A stretch of DNA of 64,000 nucleotides, from the NCBI GenBank assembly GCA_017453305.1, contig JAFTKJ010000011.1, forward strand, positions 3,729 to 67,728, in the 5' to 3' direction. Position numbers and translations under genes: made by a program. The stretch comes from Clostridia bacterium (lineage in GTDB: Bacteria > Bacillota > Clostridia > Oscillospirales > CAG-272). Under the pieces are notes generated by a model, which did not search any database, was not told where the DNA came from, and worked only from the letters and a program-made list of their open reading frames with translations. Positions 33,662 to 42,724 of the stretch are shown here, piece by piece (within the stretch, counting starts at the first letter, position 1; each line of letters opens with the position of its first letter).

Positions 33662-34982
33662 CGTTTTGATCTCCTTTTCTCTTTTTTCTCTTTTTTTCTT
33701 TTTTATATTTGCTTTGATATTCTGCCGGTGCACCTTCCTCGAAAGCGGCGCCACCACAATAAAGCATCACCAATTCCACGGGGTTATCGATGCGCGGGAT
33801 CCACGTGTGATTTCCAATTCCACGACTGATCACACATCTGCCGTCTATAACCCCTGCCGTATATTTGGGGAAAATCCCCTGCCCCGGCGCATACACACCT
33901 CTGCCAAACACACACCAATGACCGCCGTGCGCATGTCCGCATACGATCAGGTCAATATCGGTACTCCGCAGATGCGGTGCGTAGTATTCGGGATGATGGC
34001 ATAGTAGGATTTTAAAGCCCTCGGTGGCAGAAAAACGCGTAACCGCTTCGGCATTCGGCGCATTGCGCTTACCGTTGATGCCACTGGTCAAGCCGCATAC
34101 AACCGCTCCGTCCACACGGACGCATTCATCATCCAGGAGCACGGCTCCCGTTTGCGCGATCCGTGCACGGATCTCCTCGCTCGGGAACACGGGGACGGGA
34201 TGCCGCCAAGGGTTCCCCTTGTGGTAGCACGCAATTTCGTGGTTGCCAAGCGAATAATACGTAGGTGCAATAGCGACGCAGGCACGCAAAAATGCATAAC
34301 CCGACGCATGCTCGTCCGCAAGATCGGTATCCTCCATCAGGTCTCCCGGAATCAAAATCATTTGCGGAGCCTCACGCTTCAACGCTTCCAGGTGCGCTTC
34401 ATGCGCCTGCCCGTGCAGATCCGCCACCACGGCAATGCGCATGGGAGCCACCTTTGCGTTCGGCTGCAGGACGTAACGCGTGATTTGCGTTTTTCCGTTT
34501 TTGTCACGGATGAGGATAAACAATATCAGCAGCACGGTGCAAAGGATCAGTGCACCGGACATATCGATCCACACGTCGCTTGCGCGCGGACCGCGCCCCT
34601 CCGAAAAATTCTGATGGATCTCGTCAGTAATTGCGTATATCAACGTAAACGAAAGCGCGCTGAGATAGCGCAACACGATCTGCCCCTTCCAGGTCAAAAG
34701 AAATAAAAAGGTCAGTGCACCAAGCGTGCCGAACTCCAGCATATGCGCCACCTTACGCAGGGGGGCGTGCATTTGTGTGACGATGGCGTCCTTTTCCGTC
34801 TGCGGCTTATTTTCAAAATCCTTGACAACGGTCTGCGCCACCGAGGTGGTCACCTTGTGACTTGTTCGATCCGATTCTCGTCCGTCCTGCGCCGAAAACA
34901 AGAAGATCACAACCATGTTACAAAGGATCAAAACCCCAAGTATGACGCGCAAAAGGATCAATTTCCTACTTTTTTTCTTCAT
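33627..34982 (-). CDS. VanZ-like membrane domain fused to a calcineurin-like metallophosphoesterase (451 aa)
   Basis: VanZ part: [42 protein letters not shown]. Phosphoesterase part: [31 protein letters not shown]. Start at MKKKSRK (34982). The 3' end overlaps the trxA start by 35 nt. Confidence 0.75.
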   Translation of the reverse strand: MKKKSRKLILLRVILGVLILCNMVVIFLFSAQDGRESDRTSHKVTTSVAQTVVKDFENKPQTEKDAIVTQMHAPLRKVAHMLEFGTLGALTFLFLLTWKGQIVLRYLSALSFTLIYAITDEIHQNFSEGRGPRASDVWIDMSGALILCTVLLILFILIRDKNGKTQITRYVLQPNAKVAPMRIAVVADLHGQAHEAHLEALKREAPQMILIPGDLMEDTDLADEHASGYAFLRACVAIAPTYYSLGNHEIACYHKGNPWRHPVPVFPSEEIRARIAQTGAVLLDDECVRVDGAVVCGLTSGINGKRNAPNAEAVTRFSATEGFKILLCHHPEYYAPHLRSTDIDLIVCGHAHGGHWCVFGRGVYAPGQGIFPKYTAGVIDGRCVISRGIGNHTWIPRIDNPVELVMLYCGGAAFEEGAPAEYQSKYKKEKKRKKRKGDQNDASNYHYVKEF

Positions 34983-35082
34983 ACAATACTCATCTTTCCA
35001 AAAGCTTTCATTTCCTATGAGTATCATACCATAGTTTTGACAAAAAAGCAAGAGTTTTTGCAAGAAAAGCGCAAAAAAGCGC

Positions 35083-35586
35083 TCATCCACACAAAAGCAA
35101 AAGGATCAACCAAAGCACCATATCACTCTCGTGCTCTCCTTGCGACAGCAAAAGAATCAAGCCGAGAAGCAATACGCGGTCACCATCCTTACCGCCACCC
35201 AATTTGCCAAGCATTTGACCAAGCGAAGGAAGCCAGGAAAACGCGCCCGTTGGCACAGCCTCCTTTGCAACGCTTGGCACAGCCTCCTTTGCAACGCTTG
35301 CCACAGCATCCGCCTGCGCCTCACACTCCTCCTTTTTTTCATCAAACGGTGGCTTTTTTGCATCAGCGTCCTCGCTCAAACGCACGGTACGTGCAGGTGG
35401 CATATCTGCAGGCATGCTTTGCTTTTCATCTCGTTCCCTTGGCGGCATCTGCCGCGGACTCGGCTTTGCAATCTCCAAAAAACGGGACGGCGGCTCCTCT
35501 GTGCGCACCTCCGAAAAAGCACAGCCGCTGTAATGTGCGGGAATCCGAATGCCCGTATCTGCCCGATCGTGATAACGGGAATACAT
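35083..35586 (-). CDS. Hypothetical low-complexity protein with a C-terminal hydrophobic tail (167 aa)
   Basis: ORF in an operon-like arrangement. It contains the tandem octapeptide SVAKEAVP x2 and a Leu-rich tail LLLGLILLL...LWLILLLLCG. No family recognised. Confidence 0.5.
   Translation of the reverse strand: MYSRYHDRADTGIRIPAHYSGCAFSEVRTEEPPSRFLEIAKPSPRQMPPRERDEKQSMPADMPPARTVRLSEDADAKKPPFDEKKEECEAQADAVASVAKEAVPSVAKEAVPTGAFSWLPSLGQMLGKLGGGKDGDRVLLLGLILLLSQGEHESDMVLWLILLLLCG
35251..35307. repeat. 24-nt tandem repeat, 2.4 copies (TGGCACAGCCTCCTTTGCAACGCT)
   Basis: Exact copies at 35251..35274 and 35275..35298, plus a partial third copy. The repeat is in frame within the 167-aa ORF. Confidence 0.9.
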
Positions 35587-35598
35587 AGCAGTTCCTCC

Positions 35599-36072
35599 TT
35601 ATTTCAAATTTTGCAAAGCATTCCCCAAACGGGAAATGCGGATCAGCGTATCGATCGCCTCACACCGCGCAGGTGACAAAAAGGGCTTGAGCGCCAACAA
35701 AAGGTCATCGCGCTGCGTGCGCCTTCTATGTCCCTCTTTCATGTTTGCCATTGCAGGCACGTCACTCTTTTTAGGCGTATTTTCCTCCTCGCGACCTGCC
35801 AACAGCGGAGCTATCGTTGCCATCACCTCGGGGAGCTTTTGCATCAAGGCAGGATCGGACAGCACGTGCGCGATCCCGTCCTCCGAGATTCCCTCCTGCA
35901 GGGGTGTAGCTACAGTTTCTGCACAAGCGTCCTCTGTCGAAGCCGAGCCTCCCGTACCACGGATTGCCGCTGCAATCGATTGCAAAAGTGCGGGATTGCT
36001 TAACACCTCGTTCAATACTGCCCCCGGCTCGCGCGATGCCGGATCTCTTGCGCGGTCATTGATATCATCCAT
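35599..36072 (-). CDS. Hypothetical protein (157 aa)
   Basis: ORF 12 nt upstream of the 167-aa gene. Internal duplicated motif NPALLQSIAAAI / DPALMQKLPEVMATIAP. No family recognised. Confidence 0.5.
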   Translation of the reverse strand: MDDINDRARDPASREPGAVLNEVLSNPALLQSIAAAIRGTGGSASTEDACAETVATPLQEGISEDGIAHVLSDPALMQKLPEVMATIAPLLAGREEENTPKKSDVPAMANMKEGHRRRTQRDDLLLALKPFLSPARCEAIDTLIRISRLGNALQNLK

Positions 36073-36099
36073 AGCTCTATCCTCCGTTTCGCCTTGCGC

Positions 36100-36333
36100 T
36101 CATTTGTTCTTTTTATTTTGCCGGTAGCTTTCGTAGATCACATTCAACTGTGCCAGATCTGCTTCGGTGGCAGAGCCGAGCGCTTGACGAATGCTTGCAA
36201 TGTTGTTCGGATTTAATCCCAGCTGTGCGCTGTCGATTCCCGACTCGTTGGCTATGTTTTGAATGATCGTTCCAAGCTGTTCGTCGTTCATAGAAAGTAA
36301 GCGGTTGAGCATTTTTTGATCAATTTGCATCAC
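36100..36333 (-). CDS. Hypothetical small helical protein (77 aa)
   Basis: ORF with GAGAAAAGGAGATA upstream. It is the first gene of a same-strand run ending at trxA. Confidence 0.5.
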   Translation of the reverse strand: MMQIDQKMLNRLLSMNDEQLGTIIQNIANESGIDSAQLGLNPNNIASIRQALGSATEADLAQLNVIYESYRQNKKNK

Positions 36334-36408
36334 GTATCTCCTTTTCTCGGTTTAGATTTTGCTTTACTGTTATCATATGCACCTTCTTCCTCTTCCGTGA
36401 TTTTTAAA

Positions 36409-36429
36409 ATGTCTACGATTTGTAGACAT
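36409..36429. promoter_or_regulatory. Perfect inverted repeat ATGTCTAC-N5-GTAGACAT in the divergent intergenic region (candidate operator)
   Basis: Read directly from the sequence. It lies 41 nt upstream of the -35 of the HTH-PfkB promoter and about 76 nt upstream of the divergent 77-aa gene. Confidence 0.4.
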
Positions 36430-36469
36430 ATTTTTTGATTTTCTCCGCGCCGTGTCAACAAAAAGTAGG

Positions 36470-36498
36470 TTGATTTTTTGAAATGAAAAGTGTATAAT
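36470..36498 (+). promoter_or_regulatory. Sigma-A promoter of the mannoside operon (TTGATT-17-TATAAT)
   Basis: TTGATTttttgaaatgaaaagtgTATAAT. It lies about 30 nt upstream of AAAGGAGG and ATG 36531. Confidence 0.6.
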
Positions 36499-36530
36499 CA
36501 TATCAGAACCCCAAAAAGGAGGCACACGGA

Positions 36531-37775
36531 ATGAATGAAACGAAAAGCAAGCCCAGCATAGGAAGCAACATCGCATTGCTCCGCCGACAAAAGGGCTTCA
36601 CACAAACCCAATTGGCAGAGCTTTTGTTCGTCAGTAACAAAACCGTCAGCAAATGGGAACGAGGTGGCGGATACCCGGAAATTACACAGCTTGCAACGTT
36701 GGCGCGCGTTCTGGGAACCACTGTGGATCGTTTGATTATGGGAGAACGCTACGGTATTGCCATTGCAGGCAACGTTTTGACGGACATCGTCAAGGTGATT
36801 GAAGCCTATCCGCAAAAGGGAATGCTTTCAAACATCCTTTCTCTTTCCACTGCCGTGGGCGGTTGCGTTCCCAACACGGGAATCGACCTGACAAAGATCG
36901 ACCGTGGGCTATCCATCAGCGCCCTTGGGCGCATTGGAAACGATGACGGCGGAAAGTACATTCTTGCGCAAATGCAGCAAAGCGGTATAGACGTCAGTCA
37001 CATTGTCACCTCGAAAAACGCCCCGACCGGCTTTAGCGACGTCATGAGCGTCGCCTCCACGGGTGAGCGTACATTTTTCCACCACCGCGGCGCCAATGCA
37101 GAGTTTTCGCCCACGGATATCAACCTATCCCTCCTCAATTGCAAAATGCTGCACATCGGTTACATTTTGCTTCTTGACTGCTTCGACCAAGCGGACAGCG
37201 AATACGGAACGGTGATGGCACGCTTTTTGAAAAACGTACAGGACGTGGGCATTCTGACATCTATTGACATGGTCAGCGACAGCGACGGACATTTTGCCGA
37301 AAAGGTCATTCCCGCACTCAAATATACCGACAACGCTTTTATGAACGAAATTGAGGGCGGTGAAGTCACGGGTATTTGCGCACGCGATGCCGATGGCAGG
37401 CTTGTGATTGAGCAAGTCCACAGAATCATGCAATCGATTCTTTCAATGGGTGTACGCCAACGCGTGATCCTGCATGCTCCCGAGGCAGGCTTTTGCCTGG
37501 AGGCAGACGGAACCTTTACCGTAATCCCCTCCATCAAGCTGGAAAAGGGCTTTATCAAGGGCTCGGTCGGTGCCGGCGACGCCTTTTGCGCCGGGTGCCT
37601 GTATGGTATTTACAACGATTTTGACGCAAAACGAATGCTGGAGTTTGCCTCCGGTGCAGCGTGCTGCAATCTTTCTGCCGAGGATTCGGTCAGCGGCATG
37701 CGCGATAAGGAATACATCAAAAAATTCATCTCCGAGCATGAAAGGCTGGAGATTGGAAAGGACGGACGGATATGA
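36531..37775 (+). CDS. XRE-family HTH domain fused to a PfkB/ribokinase-family sugar kinase (414 aa)
   Basis: HTH: LRRQKGFTQTQLAELLFVSNKTVSKWERGGGYPEITQLATLARVLGTTVDRL. PfkB signature: GSVGAGDAFCAG. Confidence 0.8.
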   Translation: MNETKSKPSIGSNIALLRRQKGFTQTQLAELLFVSNKTVSKWERGGGYPEITQLATLARVLGTTVDRLIMGERYGIAIAGNVLTDIVKVIEAYPQKGMLSNILSLSTAVGGCVPNTGIDLTKIDRGLSISALGRIGNDDGGKYILAQMQQSGIDVSHIVTSKNAPTGFSDVMSVASTGERTFFHHRGANAEFSPTDINLSLLNCKMLHIGYILLLDCFDQADSEYGTVMARFLKNVQDVGILTSIDMVSDSDGHFAEKVIPALKYTDNAFMNEIEGGEVTGICARDADGRLVIEQVHRIMQSILSMGVRQRVILHAPEAGFCLEADGTFTVIPSIKLEKGFIKGSVGAGDAFCAGCLYGIYNDFDAKRMLEFASGAACCNLSAEDSVSGMRDKEYIKKFISEHERLEIGKDGRI

Positions 37776-38320
37776 AACGCTCCAAATACAACAAAATGAA
37801 AGCCGCCGCATTGGAATACTACCAAAAGGCAGGTATCATTCTTACGGATGAGGAAAAAGGAAACATTGAGGTTGCGGATCTTGGGCTTGGAATGGTAGAA
37901 GAAGTCGGGCTACAGCTCATCACCTACGTCAACACCGAGCGTGTTTGTGCCAAGGAAATGGTGCTCCTCCCCTACCAGACCTGCCCCGAGCACAAGCACG
38001 TTCCAACAAACGGACAAGCAGGCAAGGAAGAAACCTTCCGCTGTCGCTACGGCAAGGTCTATCTCTACACGGCAAGCGGAAAGGGTGGCAGGCGCGAGGA
38101 TATCCAAGCCCCCATTCCCAAAACCGACGTCACGGTCTTCGACGAAACCGTGCTCCTGCCGGGTGAGCAGTTCACCATTCTGCCCGAGACCTGGCATTGG
38201 TTCTGCGCAGGTGAGGAGGGAGCTGTCATTTCGGAGTTCTCCACCCACAGCACCGACGAAACCGACGTGTTTACCGACACACGCATCGTCAGAGCCCCCA
38301 CAATTGAAGAGGATGAATAA
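37772..38320 (+). CDS. Cupin-type D-lyxose/D-mannose ketol-isomerase
   Basis: The 182-aa cupin sequence YQTCPEHKHVP...GKEETFRCRYGKVYLY...HWFCAGEEGAVISEFST resembles YdaE-type lyxose isomerases. An ATGA overlap joins it to the kinase gene. Confidence 0.7.
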   Translation: MKRSKYNKMKAAALEYYQKAGIILTDEEKGNIEVADLGLGMVEEVGLQLITYVNTERVCAKEMVLLPYQTCPEHKHVPTNGQAGKEETFRCRYGKVYLYTASGKGGRREDIQAPIPKTDVTVFDETVLLPGEQFTILPETWHWFCAGEEGAVISEFSTHSTDETDVFTDTRIVRAPTIEEDE

Positions 38321-38335
38321 AAGGAGAGATAGATA

Positions 38336-39172
38336 ATGCTGGTCAATTTGAATACCGTCCTTTCGGACGCACAGAAAAACGGATACGGCGTCGGTCTGTT
38401 TAATACCACCGATACCGATATGCTGGAGGCTGTCATTTCGGTTGCAGAGGAGCTCCGTGCTCCCGTGATCATTGGAACCGCCGAGGTTTTGCTTCCTGCA
38501 GGAGAGTTGAAGCTGATTGCCCCCTCGATCATCGCCGCCGCCAAACGGGCAAGCGTTCCCGTGGTGGTACACTACGACCACGGATTGACGTTTGAGCGCT
38601 GTATGGAAGCGTTGCAATTGGGCTTTTCCAGCGTGATGTTCGACGGCTCGGCAGGCGACTATGAAAAGAACGTTGCAGATACACGTGAGATCGTAAAGAT
38701 CGCACACGCCTTTGGCGCAACCGTAGAGGGTGAGATCGGTCACGTGGGAGAAGCCAACGCCAACGACAACGCTGCCACCGACCTTTACACCAAGGTGGAG
38801 GAAGCCTTGGATTACGCCACCGCCACGGGTGTAGATGCACTTGCCGTTTCCATCGGTACGGCGCACGGCGCTTACAAAAGCAAGCCGAAGCTGGATCTTG
38901 CACGTCTGAACGACATTCGCAACGCGTTGCAGATTCCCCTGGTGTTGCACGGAGGATCGGGACTGACCGACGACGATTTCCGAGGCGCCATTGCCAACGG
39001 AATTGCAAAAGTCAACATCTTTACCGACCTCTGTCTTGCGGGAAACCGTGCCATGCAGGAAGGACTGAACCGCAACCTTTCCTACCTGGATATCCGCAAC
39101 CTCAAGGTAGAGCTCATTAAGGAAGAGGTTCGCAAAAAGATGCTGGTCTTTGGTTGCGATCAAAGAGTTTAA
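38336..39172 (+). CDS. Class II ketose-bisphosphate aldolase (FBA/tagatose-bisphosphate aldolase family)
   Basis: GYGVGLFN, VVVHYDHG and PLVLHGGSG motifs. The 278-aa length is typical of the GatY/KbaY type. Confidence 0.8.
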   Translation: MLVNLNTVLSDAQKNGYGVGLFNTTDTDMLEAVISVAEELRAPVIIGTAEVLLPAGELKLIAPSIIAAAKRASVPVVVHYDHGLTFERCMEALQLGFSSVMFDGSAGDYEKNVADTREIVKIAHAFGATVEGEIGHVGEANANDNAATDLYTKVEEALDYATATGVDALAVSIGTAHGAYKSKPKLDLARLNDIRNALQIPLVLHGGSGLTDDDFRGAIANGIAKVNIFTDLCLAGNRAMQEGLNRNLSYLDIRNLKVELIKEEVRKKMLVFGCDQRV

Positions 39173-39204
39173 AACAGATACGATAAATATAGCAGGAGGT
39201 TATT

Positions 39205-42018
39205 ATGATCCCCTATACAACACTTCGCGAATTAAAAGCACTGTCGGGCACCTCGCCCTACGCAAACAGAATCCTGAGCGAATTGCATTTTGCTGAAGCG
39301 CTTTCAAAGGCGCATGATGGCAAATACGATGATTACGTCACAGCCGCCGCAGAAGCCCTTGCAAGCGCTGTCCGCGAGGATGGAGGCGTAATCACCAAAT
39401 CCTCCGCTTTGCACGCCGAATCGCTTCTTTTGCCCCTGCAGGACGCCGCCCGAGCGTATCGCATCCATTGCGTTGCGCATGCGCACATCGACATGAACTG
39501 GATGTGGGGATTTCAGGAAACAGCATCGGTCACCGTGGATACCTTTCGTACCGTGCTGGATCTGATGCGTGAATATCCCGAATTGACCTTTGCACAATCG
39601 CAGGCATCGACATACGAAATCATCGAGCAATATGCCCCCGAAATGCTGGAGGAGATCAAGGCACGCATCCGCGAGGGGCGCTGGGAGGTCTCTGCCTCCA
39701 CGTGGGTTGAAGCAGACAAAAATATGTCAAGCGGTGAATCGCTGGCACGTCACATTCTTTACACCAAGCGCTACCTCTCTAAGCTTTTAGAAATCCCTGC
39801 CAACTCCCTGCAGTTGGATTTTGAGCCCGACACCTTTGGGCACAACGTCTCCGTCCCTGAGATCTGCGCGGCAGGCGGCGTCAAATACTACTACCATTGC
39901 CGCGGAAACGCAAAGCTTGCGCCAAGTGTGTACCGCTGGCGAGGACGCGCGGGCAGCGAGCTCTTGGTTTACCGTGAGCCGCATTGGTACAATGCAGATA
40001 TTGAGAGCGATATGCTTTGGGATACGCCCATTCAGGCAAAAGAGAACGGCGTTCCCTGCTTTTTAAAGGTCTACGGCGTGGGAGACCACGGCGGCGGTCC
40101 GACTCGACGCGATCTGGAGCGTCTGCGCGAAATCGCCTCCTGGCCCATCATGCCCACCCTGCTTTTCAGCACCTACGGGGCATACTTTGCAGAGCTTGAA
40201 CAATACCGCGACACGCTCCCCGTCGTTGAAGGAGAGATCAATTTCGTGTTTGACGGTTGCTACACCTCGCAGGCTAAAATCAAGCGAGCCAATCGCCTGG
40301 CAGAGGCTCGCATTTACGAAAGTGAAGCAATTTGCACCGAGGCTGCCATGCTGGGCGCAAAGGACTTTTCAAGCACTTTTTGCGAGGCGTGGAAGCGCAT
40401 TCTCTTCAATCAGTTCCACGACATCCTCCCCGGCTCCGGAGTCGTTGACACTCGGGAGCACGCAATGGGAAAATTCCAGGACGCGATGGCTTACGTGGGG
40501 ACCAATGCAAACATTGCCATGCGAAGCATTGCGGATCAAATTGACACCTCGGCATCAAGACTTGCAAGTGACCCTGCCTCGATCTCCGAGGGCGGTGGCG
40601 TCGGTTACGGTGTGAGTAACCGCGAGCATTATCAAATGCCGCAAGCCGAGCGCGGCTCGGGCGTGTGCCGTCTGCTCCACTTCTTCAACCCCACACAATA
40701 TGATTTTGACGGTGTAAGCGAATGTACCGTTTACGACTGGAACGAGCCTGCAGACAAGGCATACTTCACAGATGAAGACAATCATCCCGTAGCATGCAAG
40801 CTGCTGGAGGACGGCACCATGTATTGGGGACACCATTACAAAAAGTTTGCACTCCACGTTCGCGTCCCTGCGTTTGGATACGCGACTTACACGTTGGATC
40901 GTTCCCCCGATCAAGCTCCTACGCTCCCCTGGATGCCTCTGCAACATGAGCGACAAGATTTTGCGCATGAGTGTATCGTGTTGGAAAACAATCACCTGCG
41001 TGCCGTCTTTGACGGACGCACTGCTGAACTTTGCTCCCTGATCGATCTTACAACAGACACCGAGCTGATCAAGCGTCCGTCCGCCTTTTTCCGTCTGATC
41101 ACCGAAAACACGCTTCAGGGCATGACAGCATGGCGCGTTGGCGATTATATGAAAATTGAAAACCTGCAACAAACTGCCAACGTATCGATTGAAAAGATCG
41201 ATACCAACGGTGTGCGCAAAACGTTATGCTTCCGCTTTGATTTTGCAACACGTTCCTCGCTTTCAGCAAAGATCACGCTGGACGAAAACAGTAGATTTTT
41301 ACAATATGACGTCACAGTAGACTTCCACGAGGTTGGCAACAAGAGCGGTATTCCGCAGCTCAATTTTGCCCTGCCCTTTGCCTATTCTGCAAGCGCTTGC
41401 CGCTATGACGTTCCCTTTGGAACGGTAGATCGTGCACCTCTCAATTACGACGTCCCCGCAAGCTCCTTTGCCGTACCGCTTTCTACGGGAACAGATCAAG
41501 CATCCTTGATGCTGATCTCCGACTCCAAGTACGGCTTCCGCTTTACCGACGGAATGCTTGCGCTGTCGCTCATCCGCGCTTCGTACGATCCCGATCCTTA
41601 CCCCGAGTACGGCGTGCACCACTTCCGCCTGGGCATTGGCGTATGCCCGGCACACGCAAGTGAGAGCGAGCTGTACCACATGGCAGACAGCTTTGTACAT
41701 CCCATCTCCTATTGCGCAGCAACCGCACAACCGCATGAAGGAACGCTTCCCTTCACGCATCAACTGCTTCGCGTCAGCGAAAATCTGCGCGTTACCGCCC
41801 TCAAGACCGCCGAGGACGGACAAGGCTACGTCGTCCGCTTCTATGCTCCAAAGGACAGCGGCGGCGAGTGGAGCATCGCACTTTCGAAGAATGTGCAAAG
41901 TGCCTTCTTCACCGATTTAAATGAAACCGTCATTGCCCCTGCCACCTTCTCGGGCAACACCGTATTCGGCACGTGCACACCAAACAAGGTCTGCACGCTG
42001 TTGATTCAAATCAAATAA
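39205..42018 (+). CDS. GH38 alpha-mannosidase, cytoplasmic (937 aa)
   Basis: HAHIDMNWMWG and FGHN motifs. The size and lack of a signal peptide fit MngB-like enzymes. Confidence 0.85.
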   Translation: MIPYTTLRELKALSGTSPYANRILSELHFAEALSKAHDGKYDDYVTAAAEALASAVREDGGVITKSSALHAESLLLPLQDAARAYRIHCVAHAHIDMNWMWGFQETASVTVDTFRTVLDLMREYPELTFAQSQASTYEIIEQYAPEMLEEIKARIREGRWEVSASTWVEADKNMSSGESLARHILYTKRYLSKLLEIPANSLQLDFEPDTFGHNVSVPEICAAGGVKYYYHCRGNAKLAPSVYRWRGRAGSELLVYREPHWYNADIESDMLWDTPIQAKENGVPCFLKVYGVGDHGGGPTRRDLERLREIASWPIMPTLLFSTYGAYFAELEQYRDTLPVVEGEINFVFDGCYTSQAKIKRANRLAEARIYESEAICTEAAMLGAKDFSSTFCEAWKRILFNQFHDILPGSGVVDTREHAMGKFQDAMAYVGTNANIAMRSIADQIDTSASRLASDPASISEGGGVGYGVSNREHYQMPQAERGSGVCRLLHFFNPTQYDFDGVSECTVYDWNEPADKAYFTDEDNHPVACKLLEDGTMYWGHHYKKFALHVRVPAFGYATYTLDRSPDQAPTLPWMPLQHERQDFAHECIVLENNHLRAVFDGRTAELCSLIDLTTDTELIKRPSAFFRLITENTLQGMTAWRVGDYMKIENLQQTANVSIEKIDTNGVRKTLCFRFDFATRSSLSAKITLDENSRFLQYDVTVDFHEVGNKSGIPQLNFALPFAYSASACRYDVPFGTVDRAPLNYDVPASSFAVPLSTGTDQASLMLISDSKYGFRFTDGMLALSLIRASYDPDPYPEYGVHHFRLGIGVCPAHASESELYHMADSFVHPISYCAATAQPHEGTLPFTHQLLRVSENLRVTALKTAEDGQGYVVRFYAPKDSGGEWSIALSKNVQSAFFTDLNETVIAPATFSGNTVFGTCTPNKVCTLLIQIK

Positions 42019-42020
42019 CA

Positions 42021-42070
42021 AAAAAGGTCGTACAGTCGACGCAATGCGTCAACCTGTACGACCTTTTTTA
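42021..42070. terminator. Bidirectional terminator between GH38 and the HAD gene
   Basis: Stem AGGTCGTACAG / CTGTACGACCT with an inner GACGC/GCGTC pairing, flanked by an A-run and a T-run. Confidence 0.8.
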
Positions 42071-42079
42071 CCACACGCA

Positions 42080-42724
42080 TCAAAGTAATTGCAAAATTTC
42101 AGCAGCACTTTCGGCAACAAAGAGGCACTTGCATTGCTCCAGCCGCTCTTTGGATTGATGTCCTTTGGCGACCAGCACACAATCCACACCCATTGCCGCG
42201 GCAACCTGCGCATCGTGGTCGGTATCCCCCACCATCAAGGCACACGCATCGGGATGCTCGCGTCTCCATGCCAAACCGATCTCCTCCTTGCTGTGCGCAT
42301 GGATGTTATCCATTCCCAGCACACCGTGAAAGCGATGCAAAATCCCCAAAGATTTCAGCTGCCCCTTGAGCATGTTTGCCTCGGTTGCCGACAGGATCCA
42401 TTGCTCTTGCCCTCGTTCTCGCACGGCATCCAGCACCGACGGAATCTCCTCATACACCTTTGAATTTGCAGAAAACTCCATATAATAATCCACCCACTCC
42501 ACAGCAAGCTTGGCGTACGGGTAACGGTCAAAATCAAAGCCGAGGCGCGTGTAGTATTCAATGATCGGAAATCCGAATTTTGCGCGATACTCCTCCTTGG
42601 AGGGAAGCGGCGCAAGACCATATGCTCCCAGCAAGCGGTTGGCACTTTGAATGCAGGCGTCTACGTCATCATAGACCGTTCCGTTAAAATCCCATATTAC
42701 GTGCGTATAAGCTTTCTTTTCCAT
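42080..42724 (-). CDS. HAD-superfamily hydrolase (phosphoglycolate phosphatase-like)
   Basis: Motif I reads WDFNGTV (D-x-N instead of D-x-D). Motif IV is MVGDTDHD. Start at MEKKAYTHV (42724). Confidence 0.7.
   Translation of the reverse strand: MEKKAYTHVIWDFNGTVYDDVDACIQSANRLLGAYGLAPLPSKEEYRAKFGFPIIEYYTRLGFDFDRYPYAKLAVEWVDYYMEFSANSKVYEEIPSVLDAVRERGQEQWILSATEANMLKGQLKSLGILHRFHGVLGMDNIHAHSKEEIGLAWRREHPDACALMVGDTDHDAQVAAAMGVDCVLVAKGHQSKERLEQCKCLFVAESAAEILQLL

Noticed and set aside
37910-39163. A 417-aa minus-strand ORF overlapping the isomerase and aldolase genes.
   Set aside because: It is antisense to two genes with clear cupin and class II aldolase motifs. Its product is low-complexity (G/V/C/H-rich) and has no RBS.
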